From contig JACROC010000002.1 of NCBI GenBank assembly GCA_016214655.1, positions 3,801 to 67,800 of the forward strand: a stretch of DNA of 64,000 nucleotides. Reading direction: 5' to 3'. This DNA comes from Candidatus Harrisonbacteria bacterium (lineage in GTDB: Bacteria > Patescibacteriota > Minisyncoccia > UBA6257 > 02-FULL-45-10c). The notes beneath the pieces are model-generated. The model saw only the letters and a list, made by a program, of their open reading frames with translations. It searched no databases and had not been told where the DNA came from. Numbering within the stretch: the stretch's first letter is position 1; every line of letters starts with the position of its first letter. Below, one piece after another: positions 8,808 to 18,195 of the stretch. The translations under genes and the position numbers were made by a program.

Positions 8808-9851
8808 TTATAGAAATCTTGCAGTAAAAAATAACGCTAACCCAAGCGCGGTAAAAACAGCGGAAACAATCCAAAAACGCATGGTAACTTTAGTTTCCGG
8901 CCAGCCGATAGCTTCAAAATGATGATGGATGGGGGTAGAAATAAAAACCTTTCTGCCAAGAAACTTTTTGCTGGTTAACTGAACTATGACCGAAAGAGAT
9001 TCCACAACTAAAATAATGGCGAAAAATGGCAGGAACAGCGTGGTATTGGTAAGCATGGAAATGACTCCCATGGTAATCCCCAGCGCCATAGACCCAGTGT
9101 CCCCCATAAAAAATCTCGCCGGATAAATGTTAAACCATAAAAACGCGAGCAGGGCGCCAACAGTGATTCCGCTAAAAGTTGCAAGATCATAACGATGAAG
9201 CGCAAAGGCCACTACTGTTAAGGCGCTAAAAGTAAAAAGCATAACCCCGCCCAACAGACCGTCCAAGCCATCGGTTTCATTAGCAGAAAAAGCGCTGGCA
9301 ATAATAATGAACATAAAAATTGGCACATACCATGCTCCAATCTCTATATTCCCAAAGAATGGCGCGTAAAGCACGCTCCAGTCCAGCCGATAATAAAACC
9401 AAAGCCCGCCGATGAGCGCGAGCAACGTATAGACAATCAGTTTTTGAGACATCCTCAATCCTCCGCCATTAGATCCAAGCCGAAAAACACCGAGAAGATC
9501 ATCAACGAGACCCAAAGCGGCCGCAACCAGCATGGCCGCAATCGGCAAGTAAGTTTCCGCGCGGTCGACAAAGTTCAGATAATTCCAAAAACCATCAAAC
9601 AACTTGCCCATTATTAAAAATAAAAGCGCTAAACCAAGTACAGTGGCCCAAATGACAATCCCGCCCATAGTCGGCGTATTCTCCTTGCCCTTGTGCAGTT
9701 CATAAAAAACCGGCGCCTGCTCTTTGCTCCGCAGCTGCTTATTAAAATTAAACTTATACAAAATTTTAACCACCACTGGGGTTAATGCCAGCGCAGCTAA
9801 AAATGATATTGTTGATAGCCCGAGTACACGAGCGGCTTGTAAAATTTCCAT
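8808..9851 (-). CDS. mraY: Phospho-N-acetylmuramoyl-pentapeptide transferase
   Basis: TPTMGG, NETDGLDGL, FMGDTGS, PIHHHFE motifs. Confidence 0.96.
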   Translation of the reverse strand: MEILQAARVLGLSTISFLAALALTPVVVKILYKFNFNKQLRSKEQAPVFYELHKGKENTPTMGGIVIWATVLGLALLFLIMGKLFDGFWNYLNFVDRAETYLPIAAMLVAAALGLVDDLLGVFRLGSNGGGLRMSQKLIVYTLLALIGGLWFYYRLDWSVLYAPFFGNIEIGAWYVPIFMFIIIASAFSANETDGLDGLLGGVMLFTFSALTVVAFALHRYDLATFSGITVGALLAFLWFNIYPARFFMGDTGSMALGITMGVISMLTNTTLFLPFFAIILVVESLSVIVQLTSKKFLGRKVFISTPIHHHFEAIGWPETKVTMRFWIVSAVFTALGLALFFTARFL

Positions 9852-9852
9852 T

Positions 9853-10845
9853 CTAATTAAATTCGTATTCTTCCTTCACCCAATTATACAATATATCCGT
9901 CTGGCCGAACCGATCATCCGTCCCAAGAACGATAATCAAAATCCTGTGTCCCTGATAGTTAAAAAGCGAAATTAAATTGCCATTGGCTTCATTAGTAAAT
10001 CCGGTTTTCCCGCCGATGAAATCCGGCCGGGAAGATGCGAAACCGTTGATATTCAAAAGCTCTTTACTAATTCCTTTTGTTAATTCGCGCAAATCAACTT
10101 TTTGATTCGTGGTAATTTTAAATATTTCCGGATGATTTTTGTCTATATATTTCACCAGCTTCTCCAAATCCTCAATAGATCCTTGATTCAGATAAGAAAT
10201 TCCCGTCGGGTCTGCAAAAACAGTCTGGTCCATTCTCAACTCCACCGCTTTATCCCGCATTTTCTTTACGAAATTATCCAATCCATAAAATTCTCCGACC
10301 GCAGTAGCCGCATCATTACTGGAAACCACCAGCATCGCCTTCACTAAATCGCCCGCGCTGTATTGCTCGCCAACTTCCAAATTCCCGGAAATTCCTTCAG
10401 CCGCAATTGCCGATTCGGAAATTACAACGCGCTTTTCCAAACCAATATCTTCAGTCGCTATCACTGCGCTCATTAATTTAGTTAACGAGGCTAATGGCCA
10501 ACGGACATCAGCATTAGAACTATAAAAATCGGATCCGTAATCCAAATCTCTGACAGCAGCGGCTTTTACTTTTAATTCAGGGTCAGCTATGTTCCAATCC
10601 TTGCGATACGGAACTGTTTCTTTTATTGGTGCGTCTACTAAACTGCCGGATTGACCGATTGAACTAGGTTTGAGCAAAAAACTTTTAGTGTGAATAAATA
10701 CTGGCTGGACTTGTGCGGCAAGGCTGGTAGTTTTAATATTTTCCTGCAATGCTGTCTTTTCCAAGTCATTCCGGTCACCCCTTCCCCAAAAAGCCATGGC
10801 CACCATCAAAGCTACGAATAAAAATTTTAATTGGTCATCGTGCAT
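9853..10845 (-). CDS. D-Ala-D-Ala carboxypeptidase (peptidase S11)
   Basis: SxxK (ASLTKLM), SxN (SSNDAA), KTG (GGKTGFT). Confidence 0.92.
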   Translation of the reverse strand: MHDDQLKFLFVALMVAMAFWGRGDRNDLEKTALQENIKTTSLAAQVQPVFIHTKSFLLKPSSIGQSGSLVDAPIKETVPYRKDWNIADPELKVKAAAVRDLDYGSDFYSSNADVRWPLASLTKLMSAVIATEDIGLEKRVVISESAIAAEGISGNLEVGEQYSAGDLVKAMLVVSSNDAATAVGEFYGLDNFVKKMRDKAVELRMDQTVFADPTGISYLNQGSIEDLEKLVKYIDKNHPEIFKITTNQKVDLRELTKGISKELLNINGFASSRPDFIGGKTGFTNEANGNLISLFNYQGHRILIIVLGTDDRFGQTDILYNWVKEEYEFN

Positions 10846-10899
10846 AAGTGCGATACTAATATACTAATACATGCGAATGATACTAATCATGTAAATATT

Positions 10900-11541
10900 T
10901 TAACTATTAGTATTATTCGTATCATTAGTACCCATTTGTATATTTGTATCATTAATTTGCTGTTCAACCTGCTGCTTATCCTTTTGCTGAAGTTCCTGAT
11001 GCAAATTGATAACCAATTCCTTATATTTTGAATGATTTGGCAAATCTTCATTTTTGGACAAACCAAGATGCCGCAGCAATTCAAAGCTGACGCTGTATAA
11101 ATAGGCATTGGTCCGTTTAGGATCAACTCCTCTTTCTACTAAGCCGCGCATCAGCAATGCGCGCAAAGTAAAACTGGAATTAACCCCGCGGATATATTCA
11201 ATATCCGCCCTGGTAATCGGACCGGCATAAGAAATAATTGATAAAGTTTCCAGTGCCGCCGGAGTCAAAGCTTCGGTGAATTCCTGCTTGGTTATGTCTT
11301 CCAATAATTTGGAAAATTCCGGCTTAGTAACTAATTGCACCCTTCCTTTATCCTGCACCAATAACAAACCCCTTTCAGCGCGGCTCAATTCTTGTTCCAA
11401 TAATTGCAGACCCTCTTCCATCTCGGAATCTTTTAAAGCCAAAATTTTGGCTAATTTTTTAGTTTCAATCGGCTCGCCGTATATAAATAATAATGCCTCT
11501 ATTTTTGCCAACGATTTTAAGTTTTTCTCCAAGATTTCCAT
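10900..11541 (-). CDS. scpB: SMC-Scp complex subunit ScpB
   Basis: IEALLF, LETLSIISY, PITRADIEYIRGVNS. Confidence 0.95.
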   Translation of the reverse strand: MEILEKNLKSLAKIEALLFIYGEPIETKKLAKILALKDSEMEEGLQLLEQELSRAERGLLLVQDKGRVQLVTKPEFSKLLEDITKQEFTEALTPAALETLSIISYAGPITRADIEYIRGVNSSFTLRALLMRGLVERGVDPKRTNAYLYSVSFELLRHLGLSKNEDLPNHSKYKELVINLHQELQQKDKQQVEQQINDTNIQMGTNDTNNTNS

Positions 11542-11585
11542 AAATCAAAGTTTATAATGTAAAGTTAAAAATGCAAAGTGGAAAA

Positions 11586-12329
11586 TTAAGGTATCTCTTG
11601 GACTGGCGGCGGCAAATTTTCTTCCTCGTGTTTCTTAATCAAAATATCAGAGAATTTTTCTTCTTGGTGGGCTTTAGCAATCCGGTCACGAATCAAATGC
11701 AAAATGGCTAAAAATAACAAAATAATTTCCAGTTTGGATTTCTCTTTAGATAAGTCCTTAAAACTGTGTTCGGTTCTTTCTTTCAGCCTCTCCAACAATT
11801 CCTTAACTTTCATTTCCACCGTCAGAATAACTTTTCTGACTGTCTGTTTTTCCGGAATCAGAGCCTTTAACTCCTGCATCAATTCCATCAACTCTGACTC
11901 CAACCGCTCAATGGTTAAATTTTCTGAAGGATAAAAGACTACCGGCAAATTCATAAACAACTCCCGGCCGTATAAAGACATTTTTTTATTCCATAAATTA
12001 TTAATTTCTAAACTGGCCTCTTCGAATTCTTTATAGATTTTAAGCCGCGCTTCCAAATCCCTGATATCAGTTTCTTCTTCCTCCGTGAGTTCCAAAGCCG
12101 GCAAAAGCGCCTTAGATTTTATCAAAAGCAACCGGGAAGCCACTACCACAAAATCCGCGAGTACACTCGGATGCCTGACTCCTTCTTCAAGATTTTTTAA
12201 ATAATCCAAAAAATCTCCGGTAACCTTAGCTAAACTGACCAAAGTGATGTCCAGCTGTTTAGCCTCAATAAGTTCCAATAGTTTTTCCAGCGGACCAGCA
12301 AACTTATCTAATTTAATTTCGTATTCCAT
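11586..12329 (-). CDS. scpA: SMC-Scp complex subunit ScpA
   Basis: FAGPLEKLLELI, LLLIKSKALLP, FLAILHL; adjacent to scpB. Confidence 0.95.
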   Translation of the reverse strand: MEYEIKLDKFAGPLEKLLELIEAKQLDITLVSLAKVTGDFLDYLKNLEEGVRHPSVLADFVVVASRLLLIKSKALLPALELTEEEETDIRDLEARLKIYKEFEEASLEINNLWNKKMSLYGRELFMNLPVVFYPSENLTIERLESELMELMQELKALIPEKQTVRKVILTVEMKVKELLERLKERTEHSFKDLSKEKSKLEIILLFLAILHLIRDRIAKAHQEEKFSDILIKKHEEENLPPPVQEIP

Positions 12330-12335
12330 AATTCA

Positions 12336-13565
12336 TTATTCTGGCAGAAGCGCGGCCTTAGTGTAATTATTTGCCGGATTCCACAACATCCAGCCAATAG
12401 GCGTACTGCTAGCCGCATCATAAGTTGCTTTAATCTGCGCGCGCACTTTTTCCGCGTCATAATTCGCCCCCAAATCAAAATCCTGCAGCCATGGACGAAG
12501 CTGCGGCTTCTTAACCAGATATTTTTCCGTGGAAGTGGAATTTTCCGCGTTAATTATATACTGCTTTAATCTCTCGCTGGCCACCAGTATAGAATTATGA
12601 ACAACCTCATATGGATGCGCCGCTGGATTCTGATAACCATCAAATCCGACATTGTAATGCGACGGGTAAACCATCGGTGCCACCGCATCAAAATAATTAT
12701 AAGCATCGTCAATATTCTGTCCTATGCCGACGTCGCCGTAATTAACCGTTACCAAACCGAATAAGTCCGCGGAAATTTTCGCCTCCGGCAAAGCTTTCCG
12801 CAAATATTTCCAAAAATCCCGGATAACGTGCCGCTTTAAAGTCACGCCATCCCAAAACGGAAACCTGGCGTCATTTAAATTGCCGTCAGACGGAAAACGG
12901 ATGTAATCAAAATTAATTTCGTCAAAACCACGCGCCAGCGCGTCTTTGGCAATTTCAATATTGTAATCCCACGCTTCTTTAGCAGCCGGATCAATCCACA
13001 TTATTCCTTTATAATCTTTCCATTGCTTGCCGGTAGAAGTACTGGTAACGGCTAAATCCGGACGATTTTTGGCCAGTATCGGGTCCTGAAAAACTGCTAA
13101 GCGGGCAATTGCATATATGCCTTCATCGTGGAGTTTTTTAATCAAAGCATTTGGACGCTGAATACGGATTTCCTCGGCGCCATATTTATTAATCAGTTCA
13201 ATATCAGTATCATAACTGACTTGGCCAGTGTAATCCTTGACATCTATTACTATCGCATTCAATTCGGTTTTTTTAAGAAGGTCCATCAAATAATTCATTT
13301 TTTTGACGCTGCCGGCAGACCAGCCAGTCGCATAAAGCGCTTTGATAACTTCCGGAGGATTTTCCAACGGCTTTTGCAGCGGCAAATCCGGATTGGCGGC
13401 AATAGCATCTTGCTTTGCCTTATTTTCTATTACCAATTTATTGGCTTCCATTTCATGAGTGACTTCGGAAATCTGCGCCAATTGGAAATCATTATGCGCC
13501 TTAAAAAATAAAAATAGGCCGCCGCCCGCCAAAAGAAAAATTAGAAATATTATGGTATTTCTCAC
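12336..13565 (-). CDS. Membrane-anchored putative glycoside hydrolase (DUF4015-like)
   Basis: NAIVIDVKD, GFDEINFDYIRFP, PMVYPSHY, RPWLQDF. Confidence 0.8.
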   Translation of the reverse strand: MRNTIIFLIFLLAGGGLFLFFKAHNDFQLAQISEVTHEMEANKLVIENKAKQDAIAANPDLPLQKPLENPPEVIKALYATGWSAGSVKKMNYLMDLLKKTELNAIVIDVKDYTGQVSYDTDIELINKYGAEEIRIQRPNALIKKLHDEGIYAIARLAVFQDPILAKNRPDLAVTSTSTGKQWKDYKGIMWIDPAAKEAWDYNIEIAKDALARGFDEINFDYIRFPSDGNLNDARFPFWDGVTLKRHVIRDFWKYLRKALPEAKISADLFGLVTVNYGDVGIGQNIDDAYNYFDAVAPMVYPSHYNVGFDGYQNPAAHPYEVVHNSILVASERLKQYIINAENSTSTEKYLVKKPQLRPWLQDFDLGANYDAEKVRAQIKATYDAASSTPIGWMLWNPANNYTKAALLPE

Positions 13566-13617
13566 CAGTTAATTTTAAGTTAAAACCCTGCTATTTTCAA
13601 TTAAATTTTGTGAATAG

Positions 13618-13647
13618 TTGACAAATTTTTATATAATCTGCTATTAT
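13618..13647 (+). promoter_or_regulatory. Promoter for the tRNA pair
   Basis: TTGACA (13618) and TG-n-TATTAT (13642), followed by boxA-like GTTCTTTG at 13657. Confidence 0.6.
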
Positions 13648-13686
13648 ATAACCAATGTTCTTTGTTACCAAATCTGTGGTACTTGT

Positions 13687-13781
13687 GGGTCCATAGCTCA
13701 ATGGAGAGCGCTCCCTTGATACGGGAGAGGCACGGAATTGGATCCATCCGTGATATCCTGGTTCGAATCCAGGTGGACCCA
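13687..13781 (+). tRNA. tRNA-Ile(GAT) with an atypical 29-nt variable region
   Basis: Acceptor GGGTCCA/TGGACCC, anticodon arm CTCCC-TTGATAC-GGGAG, T arm CCTGG-TTCGAAT-CCAGG. Confidence 0.8.
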
Positions 13782-13810
13782 CTGGTACCATAGAAACCCG
13801 TAATGCGATT

Positions 13811-13882
13811 GGGTGTGTAACTCAGCGGCAGAGTGCCCGCCTTTTAAGCGGGAGATCATGGGTTCGATACCCACCGCACCCA
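13811..13882 (+). tRNA. tRNA-Lys(TTT), one mismatch in the T stem
   Basis: Acceptor GGGTGTG/CGCACCC, anticodon arm CCCGC-CTTTTAA-GCGGG, TTCGATA loop. Confidence 0.82.
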
Positions 13883-14117
13883 ATGGCACTATGGATCAGT
13901 TTTGATGGGACCCAGTCCGGGTCCCGCCGCACCCCACATTGGAAGATGTGGGGTTTTATTTTTTATAAAAAGAATGAACGACAAAGCGCCAACGCGCCCG
14001 CCGAACGATCTCCCGCACCGCCCGGATAACAAGTTAAAATAAAATTTATGACCTCGCTTCGGGGTCTTTTTTATTCAAACAAAAAACCGCGCATCGCGCG
14101 GTTCTGAAAACCTAAAC

Positions 14118-14660
14118 TCAAAAATGATACTCCAGTCCCAGATTCGGCGACCAGAATCCCACCGGACCAGGACCATCCCACCTGCTCATCTCCACATTTA
14201 CATACATACTCTTAAACAAATTAAGTCCTATTCCAAAGCCCCACTTCCAGCATCCGCCAACAGTAGTGTTATCAGCATTTAAAACTGATAACCCATATCC
14301 GCCCTCAAAATAAAATCCCGGAACCAACCCGATTCGCATATTCGCAATGATATTATTCAAGGAAAAATTTACTTCAGGCGCAGTTCTGCTTCTCATTTTT
14401 CCTTTAAAATGAGTGTAATCAATACCGCTATCAAATACATTAACCAGCTTATCCTTGCGATCCTTCTCCCAATTATGAAACATAACCGATAATCCAACTC
14501 CGGAATTTGAAGAAAATGATCGTCTATCATCTGAGAAATTCGCATCGCCCTGCGCGCTCAATGACAGATAACCGAGCCTGGTGTCATCTTTCGCACTGGC
14601 ATAAATCGGCTGGGCACTCAAAACAGTCAAGGAGATCACCGCTAAAGAAATTTTTTTCAT
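14118..14660 (-). CDS. Signal-peptide protein resembling a small outer-membrane beta-barrel
   Basis: Sec signal MKKISLAV...IYA; amphipathic strands (FYFEGGYGLS, WGFGIGLNL, MYVNVEMS); C-terminal NLGLEYHF. Confidence 0.65.
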   Translation of the reverse strand: MKKISLAVISLTVLSAQPIYASAKDDTRLGYLSLSAQGDANFSDDRRSFSSNSGVGLSVMFHNWEKDRKDKLVNVFDSGIDYTHFKGKMRSRTAPEVNFSLNNIIANMRIGLVPGFYFEGGYGLSVLNADNTTVGGCWKWGFGIGLNLFKSMYVNVEMSRWDGPGPVGFWSPNLGLEYHF

Positions 14661-14802
14661 CCCCCCTCCTTTTTCGAGCAACGGTTTCTACAGCTGTGCC
14701 TGTAGTGTAAATATATTAACATATAAATTCCTCTTTGGCAAACCACTAGCCGCTAATCACTGGTCGCTGTATAATAAATCTAAATTTACTAGTCGCTAAA
14801 AT

Positions 14803-15906
14803 ATGCTTGCTATTTATCGCAAATATCGTCCGAAAACTTTTGAAGATTTACTGGGACAAGAACATATCGTGGAAATTCTCCGCAATGCCGCGCGGCAGGA
14901 TAAATTCGCCCACGCTTATCTTTTTTACGGTTCACGCGGATCCGGAAAAACCACCACCGCAAGACTGATCGCAAAATTAATAAACTGCGAAACCCGCCAG
15001 ACTGATAAAAAATTCAAAGAAACTGGGGAGCCATGCAACAAATGCCGGCCGTGCACGGAAATTGATGCCGGACACGCTTTGGATGTAATCGAAGTTGATG
15101 CGGCTTCCAACCGAGGCATTGATGAAATCCGTAATCTCCAAGAAGGCGTCCGCCTCTCACCTACTTCTTATAAAAGTAAAGTATTTATCATTGACGAAGT
15201 GCACATGCTCACCCGCGAAGCCTTTAACGCGCTTTTAAAAACTTTGGAGGAGCCGCCGGCGCATGTGATTTTCATTTTAGCCACTACCGAATACGAAAAG
15301 GTACCGGCGACAATTTCATCCCGCACCCAAAGATTCCATTTCCGGAAACTTGCGCTTAATGAAATTATTAAAAAGCTTTCCTTAATCATTAAGGCTGAAA
15401 AACTCAAAGTTGCTGATGATGCTTTAGAGCTTATAGCCGCCCTAGCCGAAGGAAGTTTACGAGATGCTGAGTCGCTGCTGGATCAGATCACCTCCCTTGA
15501 TCAGAGCGTGGAACTAAAAGATGTTGAACGAATCGCCGGAAAGATCGGCTACAAAAAAACTGCCCAACTTGCCGAATATCTACTTAAGAGCAGTCTGGAG
15601 GATTCGTTGAGCTATCTAAATGAAATTGATCAGGGCGGATATAACCTAGTCCAGCTCAACAAAGACCTCATCCATTATCTCCGCCGCGCTTTAACACTCA
15701 AGATGAGTCCGAAGATTGAAGAACTTTACCAAAAAGAACTCACTAAGGACGAGCTCGCGCATTTAAAAAATCACGCTCAACTTCTGCAAGAACAAAAACA
15801 TATTGCTTTATTGAAATCTCTGATCCGCGCTTATAGCGAAATGCGCTATTCGCCGTTTGCCATCGTACCGCTGGAAGTGGCAATTATAGAAAATCTTAAA
15901 CATTGA
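14803..15906 (+). CDS. dnaX: DNA polymerase III gamma/tau subunit
   Basis: YRKYRPKTF, GSRGSGKTT, IIDEVHML, SLRDAES. Confidence 0.96.
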   Translation: MLAIYRKYRPKTFEDLLGQEHIVEILRNAARQDKFAHAYLFYGSRGSGKTTTARLIAKLINCETRQTDKKFKETGEPCNKCRPCTEIDAGHALDVIEVDAASNRGIDEIRNLQEGVRLSPTSYKSKVFIIDEVHMLTREAFNALLKTLEEPPAHVIFILATTEYEKVPATISSRTQRFHFRKLALNEIIKKLSLIIKAEKLKVADDALELIAALAEGSLRDAESLLDQITSLDQSVELKDVERIAGKIGYKKTAQLAEYLLKSSLEDSLSYLNEIDQGGYNLVQLNKDLIHYLRRALTLKMSPKIEELYQKELTKDELAHLKNHAQLLQEQKHIALLKSLIRAYSEMRYSPFAIVPLEVAIIENLKH

Positions 15907-15963
15907 TTCATTGCTTTTAAAATATTATATTGCAAGCAGTACCCCAAAATAAGTATAACCACA

Positions 15964-16233
15964 GTGATACTGACCTGGATGCGAATCGCCGAGATTAACC
16001 CGAAAAAGATGGAAGCGCAAGTATTACGGCAAACGGAAATGCAGTATAACCAAGCTATTGAAGAACTACGTGCCGAAATCAAAAACGGCTACGAACCGAC
16101 ATTCTTCCAGAAAGACAGAATCAGCCTGCTAAAATACGATAAAGTAAAAAAAGACCTTTTTGCGTTTACCACTGAAGGCACTGAGGAAGAAATAAAATCG
16201 ATACAAAAAGCAATTTATCAAGCCCCAACATAA
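15964..16233 (+). CDS. Hypothetical protein (start uncertain)
   Basis: ORF followed by a terminator hairpin. Confidence 0.5.
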   Translation: MILTWMRIAEINPKKMEAQVLRQTEMQYNQAIEELRAEIKNGYEPTFFQKDRISLLKYDKVKKDLFAFTTEGTEEEIKSIQKAIYQAPT

Positions 16234-16245
16234 CGGGGCTTTTTT

Positions 16246-16399
16246 ATAATACCCAAAACTATCTTCCTACCGGCACCAGAGTCCGCTCGCTCCAGCGACA
16301 AACGGCTCCTACGCCTCACCCCGAAAATTTTCGCTTTGCGAAAAACCAATCTTTTCGGGGTTCCGTAATTGCCGCACGAAAGATAATTTTGAGTATTAT
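16246..16399 (-). repeat. Structured dispersed element, copy 2
   Basis: Homologous to 7831-7972 with compensatory changes; closing stem 16246-16265/16380-16399. Confidence 0.8.
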
Positions 16400-16405
16400 C
16401 GCACA

Positions 16406-17584
16406 TTACTTAGTTTCAATTTCTGTAATCTCAATCTTGATATTATTTTTCTTGAATTCCTCTAAGAGCTGGCCACGTATTTCATCGCTTAACGCTTCCG
16501 GCGGAAACACTCCGCCCTCTTTTATTTTCGGAATCGCCATGGCAAAAATCAACGCGCTTAAGCCGGCCGCATAAGAAACATAATTAGCGCCCGGATAAAC
16601 CTGGTTAATCGCCACCTGATCAGGAAATAAAATCATGGCTTTTTTAATAATTTTCTTTTTCTCACGTAAACCCTTCTCCTCAACCGCCGCCCAGAAATGG
16701 GCATTATGGAGCTGTTTGTATGCCACTAAATTTTTCAGATCCCGCAGCGCCGGCACATCCGGCCATACCTTGAGTAAAACTTCATATGGCGCAACCATCG
16801 CATCGCCGATTTTTACCTGGCGCTTTTTAAAAAGTCCCAGCTTAAAAAGCGTCCGCGCAAATTCCATTTCACTGCCGCCGGCCTTAAGATCCACATATTT
16901 TGTTTTGATATAAAGCGGCATAGTGCCGATGTCCTCCTGCGCGAGCAAATAGCACTTTTGGTTTAAAAAGGGTTCCGGAAAGTCATAAACTTCTTCCTCA
17001 GAAAAATTATTTTTAGGTAAAAATTTATCAAATTCCCAGACCAGCGGCTTATGCCAGACCTCGTCAAAAAAGATCGCCTTGGACCAGGCAGTAAACGGCA
17101 CATCCGAACTCACGTCCTCCAGCAATCTTATTTTTATATATTCAATCCTTTTTAATTGCAACGAGAGTTCTTTGGCAACCAAATTCGTCACCCCGGGAGA
17201 AGCCGAGGCATTGATCAAAGCTTTCAGATTTTTTTCCTGAAAATCTTTTTTATATTTTAATTGTTCAATCTTGCCGCCCTCCCATTCCGAAGCCAGATCC
17301 TGATAATTTACTCCGGCCTCCAGTGCAGCCTTCATCAGGCCATCATTAAATCCGGGCAAGGATGCATTGATCAATAAATCAAAGCCCCTAGCTGCGGCTA
17401 CGACCGTCGGAGAATCCTTAGCATTTAATGTCTTAAAAGTAATTTTAGGGCTGGGAATAAGAAATTTCCTGGCCTTGGCCTGATCAATATCGCCTATAAT
17501 AACCTGCTCAACTTCTGCCTTATCGGAGAGTAATTTAGCAATTATTGACCCGGCCGCCCCTGCCCCTATGATTAGAACTTTCAT
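16406..17584 (-). CDS. Saccharopine dehydrogenase-like oxidoreductase
   Basis: VLIIGAGAAG Rossmann motif, GVNYQDL, SPGVTN, GVFPPE. Confidence 0.85.
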   Translation of the reverse strand: MKVLIIGAGAAGSIIAKLLSDKAEVEQVIIGDIDQAKARKFLIPSPKITFKTLNAKDSPTVVAAARGFDLLINASLPGFNDGLMKAALEAGVNYQDLASEWEGGKIEQLKYKKDFQEKNLKALINASASPGVTNLVAKELSLQLKRIEYIKIRLLEDVSSDVPFTAWSKAIFFDEVWHKPLVWEFDKFLPKNNFSEEEVYDFPEPFLNQKCYLLAQEDIGTMPLYIKTKYVDLKAGGSEMEFARTLFKLGLFKKRQVKIGDAMVAPYEVLLKVWPDVPALRDLKNLVAYKQLHNAHFWAAVEEKGLREKKKIIKKAMILFPDQVAINQVYPGANYVSYAAGLSALIFAMAIPKIKEGGVFPPEALSDEIRGQLLEEFKKNNIKIEITEIETK

Positions 17585-17706
17585 TACCTTAAGAATAGCC
17601 CGATGCGGCAACTAGCGCACTATTGACTTTTTTATGTAAATACGATATATTATTTTTATTACCAGAACTGGTAATAGAATGTTCTTTAAGGAGGCGGAGA
17701 GACAAC

Positions 17707-17883
17707 ATGAAAGATCTGGGATGGGCGAACAACTGACACCGACAGCCGCCGGAAGTCAAGCGTTGCAGGAAACTTGGCCATAGGCGCAAAGACGTGGATG
17801 TCGGGCCGCCTAATCGCGGCATCGAGCACGTGGTCACCTGCCGTGTATGCAAATACGTATACCGCTACGATTCGAGCGATTAA
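17707..17883 (+). pseudogene. Small Cys/His protein with one internal TGA (17734-17736)
   Basis: AGGAGG SD; reads MKDLGWANN*HRQPPEVKRCRKLGH...HVVTCRVCKYVYRYDSSD. Confidence 0.6.
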
Positions 17884-17935
17884 CAGAATCGTGCTCAACT
17901 AACTAAACCGAACAAAGAGCGCAAAGGAGGTGCGA

Positions 17936-18115
17936 GTGGCCATACGCAATGTCATCGATGCCAAACTGGCGTCTATGAGCAATGACGATATCCGCACAAC
18001 CTGGGAAGCCCTTTAGCAAGGATGGGACAGTGGCTTCTGGAACGCGGAGCATCGCATCACCATGGACTACTGGGCGCAGGCTGTGTACTCGGAGAAATCC
18101 GTACGCAACCTCTAG
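17936..18115 (+). pseudogene. Small protein with one internal TAG (18014-18016)
   Basis: AAGGAGG SD and GTG start; reads MAIRNVIDAKLASMSNDDIRTTWEAL*QGWDSGFWNAEHRITMDYWAQAVYSEKSVRNL; terminator at 18118-18160. Confidence 0.55.
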
Positions 18116-18195
18116 CCAAAAGGGCGTCCCGAATAAAATCGGGACGCCCTTAACTTTTTTGTAAAAAATACTATTTTCAATTATAATTTAACACT

